Below are positions 1-7,242 of a stretch of DNA of 25,271 nucleotides, piece by piece. Below the pieces are notes generated by a model. The model was given only the letters and a program-made list of their open reading frames with translations. It was not told where the DNA came from and did no database searches. Origin of the DNA: Elainellaceae cyanobacterium (GTDB lineage: Bacteria > Cyanobacteriota > Cyanobacteriia > CAZCXK01); NCBI GenBank assembly GCA_051162585.1, contig DBGGTD010000622.1, positions 1 to 25,271 on the forward strand, written 5' to 3'. Numbering within the stretch: the stretch's first letter is position 1; each line of letters starts with the position of its first letter. The position numbers and the translations under genes are program-made.

Positions 1-165
1 GATGTGAACGCCATTGTCGTTAACTTTTGGATGGTTGGGGTCGCAGAGTCATTATCCTCAATAACTTAACAATTTCCTAGAAAATGTAGAAAATCAAGCA
101 TATTTGTTAGCAGTGATGCGCGACTTGGTTAATATTGAGTCGGATAGGAAATTGAATAAATTTCA

Positions 166-207
166 AGCGAATATCAGGGTTCCTATAGCGAATATCAGGG
201 TTCCTAT
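166..207. repeat. Perfect 21-bp tandem duplication (AGCGAATATCAGGGTTCCTAT x2) upstream of the SPOR gene
   Basis: Units 166-186 and 187-207 are identical, with no spacer. Confidence 0.95.
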
Positions 208-289
208 ATAGAGATTGATCTTGACTTGGATTGGCTCGTATTGCCTATCCTAGACCTATGAGTTGGCATAAATTTGGCAGGAGTTAGAC

Positions 290-1675
290 ATGCGCCGCCG
301 TTCTTCAGTACAGCATCCTACCTCATCAGTGAATTCAGATTCAGAGTCTCTACATCCTACTCTACAGGCTGCATTGGGCAGTTTAGATGTTCGTATTGAG
401 GAAGAACTCGCTCGATATCGGCAGGTGCGTGGCATTCAACAAAAGTCGGTGAACTCGCGTCAGCGGTCGTCTCGACCGAGGTTGTCATCAGCTGACCAGT
501 CAGAACCATTACTACAGCTCAATCCAAGTCCTGATCGTGACCCAGTAGAGTCTCAGTATCTGCGTGCCGCTCAGACCGATTCTTTAGCGACAGATTTTGC
601 GATCGCTAAACAGGGTGAGCCTGCGTCTGCAGCGTTAGCACGACGTTCGTCTGATGGCTCATCTGAGATAGATCAGGTTAATCCTCATCGTCTGACAAGC
701 GCCCGATTGTCTGCTGACGACTCGCCCTCCTCAAGTCTTGCCAACGTTGGTTCGGTCGATCCAGACGATTATCTAGAATCGTCAGAAGAATTGTTACGCA
801 GTCTGGATGAGTCTGCTGGTCACGTGGATAGCCTGGATCAGCTAGATGACCGCCCAGAATCCAGTATTTTAGCGAGTTTGTTGACCCCGCTTGGAATGGG
901 GTCGATGCTATTGCTATTGGTTTCAAGCACCACACTTGGGTATTTGATCACCAACCCTGATAGCTTTGGCTTACGGATATGGGGCGATCGCCCTCAAAAT
1001 TCAGACGTCGCAAGTCAAGATGGGGAATCTGGCATAATCAGCACTCCCGATTTGTCTGCGGGAGAATTTCAAGACCTCAATTTAGATACGCTCACGACGC
1101 TGCCTGACGAGTCAACACCTGTGTTGCCGTCGCAAGTGCCAAATTTATCGAACCCCGACCCGGGCGCAGAACAGGATGTAGAACAGGGCACTCCGGTGCC
1201 GAGCGGTGCAGCAGCGCCAGTCACCCCTTCTCCCGGTGCGCCAGTGCCATCGGCTGCACCCACGGTTCGTGCAACTCAGTCGGGGCGATCTATGACGAAT
1301 CGGCAAGCCCCATCATCTCGCCCGGCTCCGGCGCCGTCTGCGGCACCGTCGTCTGCTTCCACGCCAAGCCCTGCACCGTCTCGCGCTCCCCAGCCTGCTG
1401 CCCCATCGTCTGCCTCCCCATCTCCGTCTAGTGCCCCCTCTGTGGCAAGTGCCCCGGCTACATCTTCATCGTCGCGCTATTACTATGTAGTCACTGACTA
1501 TACGGGCGATCGCAGCTTAGACCAAGCTCGCGAACGTGTCTCAGGAGCCTACGTCCGTAATTTTTCAGATGGGGCGCGGGTTCAGCTTGGCGCATTTAAC
1601 GATCGAGAAGGGGCACAAAACCTTGCTGAAAGTCTTAGGCAGCAGGGCGTTTCTGCTCAAGTCTTAGAACGCTGA
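290..1675 (+). CDS. Bitopic membrane protein with Pro/Ser/Ala-rich linker and C-terminal SPOR (peptidoglycan-binding) domain
   Basis: 461-aa ORF with AGGAG SD at about 279-283. It has an N-terminal AALGSLDVRIEEELARYR motif, a hydrophobic segment LLTPLGMGSMLLLLVSSTTLGYLI and a long PAPSAAP-type low-complexity region. The C-terminus YYVVTDY...VQLGAFNDREGAQNLAESLRQQGVSAQV matches the SPOR pattern. Confidence 0.8.
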   Translation: MRRRSSVQHPTSSVNSDSESLHPTLQAALGSLDVRIEEELARYRQVRGIQQKSVNSRQRSSRPRLSSADQSEPLLQLNPSPDRDPVESQYLRAAQTDSLATDFAIAKQGEPASAALARRSSDGSSEIDQVNPHRLTSARLSADDSPSSSLANVGSVDPDDYLESSEELLRSLDESAGHVDSLDQLDDRPESSILASLLTPLGMGSMLLLLVSSTTLGYLITNPDSFGLRIWGDRPQNSDVASQDGESGIISTPDLSAGEFQDLNLDTLTTLPDESTPVLPSQVPNLSNPDPGAEQDVEQGTPVPSGAAAPVTPSPGAPVPSAAPTVRATQSGRSMTNRQAPSSRPAPAPSAAPSSASTPSPAPSRAPQPAAPSSASPSPSSAPSVASAPATSSSSRYYYVVTDYTGDRSLDQARERVSGAYVRNFSDGARVQLGAFNDREGAQNLAESLRQQGVSAQVLER

Positions 1676-1834
1676 TTTTTCTGAATCGCAAAACGAAGGT
1701 GCGATAGTATGAGAATAATCAAACGGTTGACGTTGCAATGATTTGAGATCGTGCCTTTCACGAGAGTCAACCGTTAGAACTTTGTTGAAGCGTTTTCCCC
1801 ATCGTTATTGTGCCGCGTCGTTAGGAGTGACATC

Positions 1835-2581
1835 ATGGGATTTTTTGATCGACTCATGCGGGTCATTCGCGCAAATCTAAATAGCCTCGTGGGTCGAGCG
1901 GAAGATCCAGAAAAGATTTTAGAGCAGGCTGTCATTGATATGGAGGAAGACCTGATTCGGCTGCGTCAGTCAGTCGCCCAGGCGATCGCCACCCAAAAGC
2001 GCACAGAACGCCAGTGCAGTCAGGCACAATCGACCTCAGAAGAATGGTATCGACGGGCTCAGCTCGCCCTTCAAAAAGGGGAAGAAACCCTGGCTCGAGA
2101 AGCGTTAGCTCGGCGCAAATCATATCAGGAAACTGCCAATGCTCTGCAAGGGCAACTTGATCAGCAGCGGGGCATCGTTGAGCAGCTTAAGCAAAATATG
2201 GTGGCGCTAGAAAGTAAGCTTTCTGAGGCAAAAACCAAGAAAGACATGTATATTGCTCGCGCCCGTTCCGCTAAAGCTTCGCAGCAGCTTAACGAAATGA
2301 TGGGGGGGGTAGGAACCGGAAATGCGCTAGCAGCGTTTGAGCGCATGGAAGAAAAAGTCAATGAGCTTGAAGCTCGCTCAGAGGCGATCGCCGAACTTGG
2401 CAGTAATGATCTAGAAAAGCAGTTTCAGGCGTTGGAGAGCGGGGGAGATATTGACGACGAGCTGGCAGCGATGCGATCGCAGATGACGGGGCAAGACTCT
2501 GCAAGTTTACCCGCTGGCCGTCAGGATACTGAAGTCGATGCCGAATTAGAAAAGCTCCGCTCTCAGCTCGAAGATGTGTAG
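1835..2581 (+). CDS. pspA: PspA/IM30 (Vipp1) family ESCRT-III-like membrane remodelling protein
   Basis: MGFFDRLMRVIRANLNSLVGRAEDPEKILEQ, AFERMEEKV and DDELAAM are family hallmarks. The ATG at 1835 has AGGAG at 1823-1827 and is preferred over the TTG at 1808. Confidence 0.93.
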   Translation: MGFFDRLMRVIRANLNSLVGRAEDPEKILEQAVIDMEEDLIRLRQSVAQAIATQKRTERQCSQAQSTSEEWYRRAQLALQKGEETLAREALARRKSYQETANALQGQLDQQRGIVEQLKQNMVALESKLSEAKTKKDMYIARARSAKASQQLNEMMGGVGTGNALAAFERMEEKVNELEARSEAIAELGSNDLEKQFQALESGGDIDDELAAMRSQMTGQDSASLPAGRQDTEVDAELEKLRSQLEDV

Positions 2582-2592
2582 CGAATTCGTGG

Positions 2593-3648
2593 TTAAACGA
2601 CTTGCTTTTCTCGTAAGTCTTGCAACTCGGTGGGTGAAACCGCGCCTCTCTCTGTGATGATTGCCGTAATCAAGTTGGCGGGCGTAACGTCAAATACTGG
2701 GTTGTAGCATCGAGCCTCAGGGGGGCACATCCGCTTTTCTCCCACCTGAAAAATCTCAGCCGCATCATGTTCTTCGATGGGAATGTGATTGCCTTCTGAC
2801 AGATCAAAGTCAATCGTCGACAAGGGAGCCGCGACAAAAAACGGAATGTGGTGGGCATTTGCGATGATCGCGATGCTATAGGTACCAATTCGGTTGACGG
2901 TATCGCCATTAATCGCAATCCGGTCGGCTCCGACGACCACGGCATCAACCATCTCCCGCTTCATGCAGTGAGCCACCATATTGTCGGCAATCACCGTAAC
3001 TGGAATTCCTTCTTGCACACATTCCCAGGCCGTTAGCTTCGAGCCTTGAAATCGTGGACGAGTTTCGCCCACATACACTTGCTCAAGCCGCTGAGCTTGC
3101 TGCGCTGAGCGAATGACGCCGAGCGCGGTTCCATACCCCGCCGTTGCCAAGGCCCCCGCATTGTAGTGCGTCAAAATCCTTAGCTTTTGGGGAGAGGAGG
3201 GCAGCACGCTAAGACCATGCTCTCCAATGTCTTGACAAGTTTTGAGCCCTTCAGCGTTCATATCTAGAGCCGTCCTCAAGAGGGTGTGCTTGAGGTGCTC
3301 AGTGGGGCCGATGGTTTGACGAGCCGATTTGAGCATGCGTTCTGTTGCCCAAACTAAATTAACCGTTGACGGGCACGCCGTTTGAAACTGTGCGGCGATC
3401 GCTTCTAGAGTTTGCAGAAACTCCTCCCGATTACTCGTTTTGATATCTCTTGCCCCCAAATACATGCCATAGGCAGCCGCTACTCCAATGGCGGGGGCTC
3501 CGCGCACAATCGTTGATTCGATGGCGCGAATCATATCATCGCAGCGCTTTACGTCTACCAGAGCAAACTCATTGGGGAGTCGGTTTTGATCGATGAGCAG
3601 CACATGGTTGTCATGCCAGACAACAGGATACAGAGACGAAAAAGCCAT
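2593..3648 (-). CDS. mtnA: S-methyl-5-thioribose-1-phosphate isomerase (MtnA/eIF2B-alpha-like) homolog with altered active site
   Basis: [30 protein letters not shown] and FDVTP motifs are present. Start at ATG 3648 ([11 protein letters not shown]). Canonical THCNAG reads THYNAG and RPTAVNL reads CPSTVNL, so isomerase activity is doubtful. The family call is secure but the function is not. Confidence 0.9.
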   Translation of the reverse strand: MAFSSLYPVVWHDNHVLLIDQNRLPNEFALVDVKRCDDMIRAIESTIVRGAPAIGVAAAYGMYLGARDIKTSNREEFLQTLEAIAAQFQTACPSTVNLVWATERMLKSARQTIGPTEHLKHTLLRTALDMNAEGLKTCQDIGEHGLSVLPSSPQKLRILTHYNAGALATAGYGTALGVIRSAQQAQRLEQVYVGETRPRFQGSKLTAWECVQEGIPVTVIADNMVAHCMKREMVDAVVVGADRIAINGDTVNRIGTYSIAIIANAHHIPFFVAAPLSTIDFDLSEGNHIPIEEHDAAEIFQVGEKRMCPPEARCYNPVFDVTPANLITAIITERGAVSPTELQDLREKQVV

Positions 3649-3736
3649 AGGACAAGACACACAAATAGAACAAGGGTGAACACACGCGAGCAAATCTAGT
3701 CATAGATTAACCTCGAATCTTGTCGACAAGCCATGC

Positions 3737-4936
3737 CTAACTGCCAACTGAAGCAGCCGCCTTTTCTCCGATCAGCCGATTCTCAAGGAAGCGATCGCAG
3801 CTAAATGCGGTGATTCGATCGGGTACGCGCTCCGTTGCCACCATCTCTGCCATGTTGTATCCGCTTGCGGGTGATGCCTTAAATCCCCAGGTTCCCCAGC
3901 CACAGGTGATATAGAACTTTTTCAGAGCACTGACGGGCGACATAATCGGTGCGTAGTCGGGAGTCATATCACACATGCCGGCCCACTGCCGTTGGATTTT
4001 AATGGTGTGCAGAATGGGAAAGAGTTCTAAAATATGAGCCGCATAGCTCTCTAAGACATCTAGTGTCGACCGCATCGCATATTGAGGCACGCTATCGACT
4101 GCGCCACCGCACACCAACTCGCCGCGATCGCTCTGGCTAATGTAGATGTGGAGCGTTGAACTCACCACAACATGATGAAGCCAAGGTTTTAGCCCCTGCG
4201 TGACAAATGCCTGCAACGGGTGCGTCACAAGCGGTAACTTAACACCAACGGTTCGGCAGACCTCAGACGTCCATCCTGCTGTTGCCGAGACGAGCGTATC
4301 GCAGTGAATTGTCCCTCGATTTGTCAGAACGCCTGTCACAGTGCCATTCTCAGTCAGAATATCCTCAACCTGAGTCAGTTGGTGAATATGCACGCCATTG
4401 CGGTCAGCGCCTCGTGCAAACCCCCAAACAACAGCGTCGTGGCGGATAATGCCTCCGGGCGGATGATACAGCGCTCCCATGATGGGATAGCGAGGTTTAT
4501 TGGATATATCAATTTCTGGAATCATCGCCTTAATCTCTTGAGGCATCACCATGTAACTGTCAACGCCGAGTGCTTTATTCTGCTCGGCGCGAGTCGTTAG
4601 CGCTGCCATAGATGCGGTGCTGTGCCCAAGGGTAAAGTGCCCCTGTTGGCTAAACATCAAATTGAAGTCTAGTTCTTGTGACAGGGTTTCGTAGAGTTTC
4701 AGGCTTTGGTTATAAAACTGAATGCCTGGCTCCGTACGATAGTTTGAACGAAGAATGGCAGTGTTTCGCCCGGATGCGCCATAGCCGATGTATTTTTGCT
4801 CAAGCACAGCGACGTTTGTGATGCCGTGACGGGTCGCTAAATAATAGGCAGTCGCTAATCCATGGGCGCCACCGCCAATAATGACCACATCGTAGAAAGG
4901 TTTGATGTCGTGGGTTGTCCACATGGGGTCAGGCAT
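3737..4936 (-). CDS. soxB: Sarcosine oxidase subunit beta family FAD-dependent oxidoreductase (SoxB/MgdA-like)
   Basis: YDVVIIGGGAHGLATAYYLA FAD-binding motif, GASGRNT..RSNY, GG..RHDAVVWGFARGAD, THPLQAFVT, CGWGT.GFKA.P and C-terminal GEKAAASV are typical of heterotetrameric sarcosine oxidase beta subunits. The substrate is not established. Confidence 0.85.
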   Translation of the reverse strand: MPDPMWTTHDIKPFYDVVIIGGGAHGLATAYYLATRHGITNVAVLEQKYIGYGASGRNTAILRSNYRTEPGIQFYNQSLKLYETLSQELDFNLMFSQQGHFTLGHSTASMAALTTRAEQNKALGVDSYMVMPQEIKAMIPEIDISNKPRYPIMGALYHPPGGIIRHDAVVWGFARGADRNGVHIHQLTQVEDILTENGTVTGVLTNRGTIHCDTLVSATAGWTSEVCRTVGVKLPLVTHPLQAFVTQGLKPWLHHVVVSSTLHIYISQSDRGELVCGGAVDSVPQYAMRSTLDVLESYAAHILELFPILHTIKIQRQWAGMCDMTPDYAPIMSPVSALKKFYITCGWGTWGFKASPASGYNMAEMVATERVPDRITAFSCDRFLENRLIGEKAAASVGS

Positions 4937-5128
4937 TCGATTTCTCAGTGCTCCCTATGCTGCTGAGCCATTAGCATAGCGTCAATGGTTAATCCACGGC
5001 TGACTCAACGGCATCAATTTCTTGCCGCAAACCTGACGCAAAACCCTACGAAAGAGAGATTCATTGCGTCTCAAAATCAGATACCGTAACATTTGAATTC
5101 CAATATAGAAAATAGTAAGGATAGACTT

Positions 5129-5908
5129 GTGGTTCCTCTTCGTGATGAAAACCCCGTCAAAATTACGCCATACGTGACCTATGGTTTGATTGCGCTCAAC
5201 ATTCTCATCTTCTTTTTTGAGTCGGCGCTGTCTCCTCAAGGGCTGACGGAATTCTTTTACAACTGGGCAGTTGTGCCTGAGCAATTGACTCAAAGCTTTC
5301 AAGGCGGGTTTTCCTATGCCAACGCGTTTGAATGGAGCACCCTGATTACAGCGCAGTTTCTCCATGCAGGTTTTTTGCACGTAGCAGGGAATATGCTCTA
5401 TCTGTGGGTGTTTGGCAACAACTTAGAGGAGCAGCTTGGACGGATAAATTTTGTCGTATTCTACTTGCTCTGCGGCGTGTTGGCATCGCTAGCGCAGTGG
5501 TTTTTCGCCCCTGATTCGACGATTCCGTCGTTGGGCGCGAGTGGGGCGATCGCTGGAGTGATGGGCGCCTATATTTTTCGCTATCCCAAAGTACGAATTT
5601 TAACGTTTATTCCGCTCGGTATTTTCTTCTATACAGTTCGCATTCCTGCGTTGCTGTTCCTCGGTTTTTGGTTTGTCCAGCAAGCGCTTTACGGGCTTGC
5701 CAGTCTAGGCGCACCCGCTAATGTCGGCATGGAGAGTGGTGGCGTTGCCTATTGGGCCCATGCAGGCGGCTTTGTGTTTGGGGCGGCGCTAGGTCCGGTG
5801 TTTGGGTTGTTTAGCGATCAGCCCTCCGATGAGGGCGATGATGCCTACTTAGGCTCTCAACCGACGCAATCTGACTCGCCATCTTCGTCAGAGCAAGAGC
5901 AAATTTAG
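5129..5908 (+). CDS. Rhomboid family intramembrane serine protease
   Basis: FLHAGFLHVAGNMLYLWVFG, catalytic GASG and AYWAHAGG motifs and multiple TM helices. The likely start is GTG 5129 (VVPLRDENP) after AAGG. Confidence 0.93.
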   Translation: MVPLRDENPVKITPYVTYGLIALNILIFFFESALSPQGLTEFFYNWAVVPEQLTQSFQGGFSYANAFEWSTLITAQFLHAGFLHVAGNMLYLWVFGNNLEEQLGRINFVVFYLLCGVLASLAQWFFAPDSTIPSLGASGAIAGVMGAYIFRYPKVRILTFIPLGIFFYTVRIPALLFLGFWFVQQALYGLASLGAPANVGMESGGVAYWAHAGGFVFGAALGPVFGLFSDQPSDEGDDAYLGSQPTQSDSPSSSEQEQI

Positions 5909-5917
5909 TAAGAGACT

Positions 5918-6619
5918 TTATCCTGCTTGCAACTCTACTGGCACGATGGCAAGCCCGGTTGGAACTAAGCCTACTCTGATGCCTACATCAAGAAGCGCGT
6001 CAAATAGAGATTCAGAAAGGCTGCGCGGGTGCACGATGATGTCAAGCTGTGAGGTGCGATAGAGGGTGCAGCGAATCGTGTGGATAGTCGTTTGAATCAC
6101 CGCCCCAGCAACCAGGCGATCGCGCCGTAGATCCATCGCGGTTGAGCGCTCAAACACCTCATCTCGACGCTGCCCTGCTAGCACGAAGCATCCCATCGCG
6201 CCTGTTTGATTGACTACTGTGATGAGGTTCCCAGTGCGATCATCCTTGCGATCGCCATCAAGTTGACCCAGCAGCGATAGTTCGTATCCGGCTTGGCACA
6301 GGATCAGATAATCATTGGCTGTCAGTCGAAGGGCTGCTACATCTGTCGTGCTGACGCTGGTGAGGGGGGAAATAGACGAAGCCCCAGCACAAAGCATTTC
6401 AGCGGTATGGGCTGCCTGCTGACCCGACAGCGAAATTTTGCCGATATGCGACCAGTCTGCTAAGACCGCTCCCGTTTGTAGAGATTGTTTTTCGGCTGGC
6501 AGATTGCCAAAGTGTTCAGCAATCTGCCAGCCCTGCTGATCGATTAGCGTCGCAGAATAGGCCCGATAGATGCCTGAAAGTGGACTGTGTTTCGTCAGAG
6601 TGGGGAGAACCATTGGCAA
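5918..6619 (-). CDS. Sarcosine oxidase gamma-subunit-like / GcvT(aminomethyltransferase)-fold protein
   Basis: The N-terminus SPL...GWQIAEHFG...E...LADWSHIGKISLSG resembles the start of GcvT/SoxA-C folate-binding domains. The remainder (LRLTANDYLI, VVNQTGAMGCFVLAG, MDLR...AG.VIQT, RSLSESLFDALLDVG) resembles SoxG. Confidence 0.7.
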   Translation of the reverse strand: MPMVLPTLTKHSPLSGIYRAYSATLIDQQGWQIAEHFGNLPAEKQSLQTGAVLADWSHIGKISLSGQQAAHTAEMLCAGASSISPLTSVSTTDVAALRLTANDYLILCQAGYELSLLGQLDGDRKDDRTGNLITVVNQTGAMGCFVLAGQRRDEVFERSTAMDLRRDRLVAGAVIQTTIHTIRCTLYRTSQLDIIVHPRSLSESLFDALLDVGIRVGLVPTGLAIVPVELQAG

Positions 6620-6762
6620 TGTCTTACGTTCGAATGTCTTACTTTTGATCGAAGCGTGGAGACGATGAGTTTTTTATCTTGAAACTGTAGCACTGATGTC
6701 TATGAGATTAGCAGGCATTGAGTGCTGCACAATTTGAAGCCCATGCTATAGCACAAGGACAT

Positions 6763-6993
6763 ATGAGTCAGAATGAACCCCAACCTGCTGACGAGCAGCA
6801 AAATCAATCGCAAACTCCCCCCGACACTCAAGCCTCGGAAAATGCTGAACGCGGCAAAAAGGAGCCCGTTGATCCACGAGATCTGGTCTACAAAGAGGGC
6901 ACGCTGGAAAATGCGCGAGAAGTGATTGAAAACCCGGCGGTTACGCCTGAAATGCTCAATGAACCTCAAGAAGGACGGGGCTTTCGCAAATAA
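6763..6993 (+). CDS. Small acidic hypothetical protein (76 aa)
   Basis: ATG 6763 follows AAGGA (6755-6759). The C-terminal half PVDPRDL...NPAVTPEML resembles small cyanobacterial hypotheticals as recalled. An intrinsic terminator lies downstream. Confidence 0.7.
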   Translation: MSQNEPQPADEQQNQSQTPPDTQASENAERGKKEPVDPRDLVYKEGTLENAREVIENPAVTPEMLNEPQEGRGFRK

Positions 6994-7059
6994 GCATTGA
7001 TGGGGACTATAGGCGTTAGGTAAGCATCTACGAGTCGAAGGAGTGACCAGATGTTTGGG

Positions 7060-7085
7060 AAAAGTGGGCATCTCGCCCACTTTTT
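7060..7085 (+). terminator. Intrinsic terminator
   Basis: AAAAGTGGGC-ATCTC-GCCCACTTTT is a perfect 10-bp stem followed by a T-tract, 66 nt after the stop at 6993. Confidence 0.75.
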
Positions 7086-7242
7086 CACTTGCCTTCTCTT
7101 TTGCCTTAGAGACATGCGTATTGATGAAACATGTTGTGTCTCTGAATTGAGCAGGCGTGATGCCGACAGCGTATCATGTCTCAGAGTTACGAGACTTTGA
7201 CTGCGCCCCCAAGATTAGAGTTACAATCAGCAAGCATTTAAC

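Noticed and set aside
166-207. CRISPR array
   Set aside because: Only two adjacent repeats, no spacers and no cas genes.
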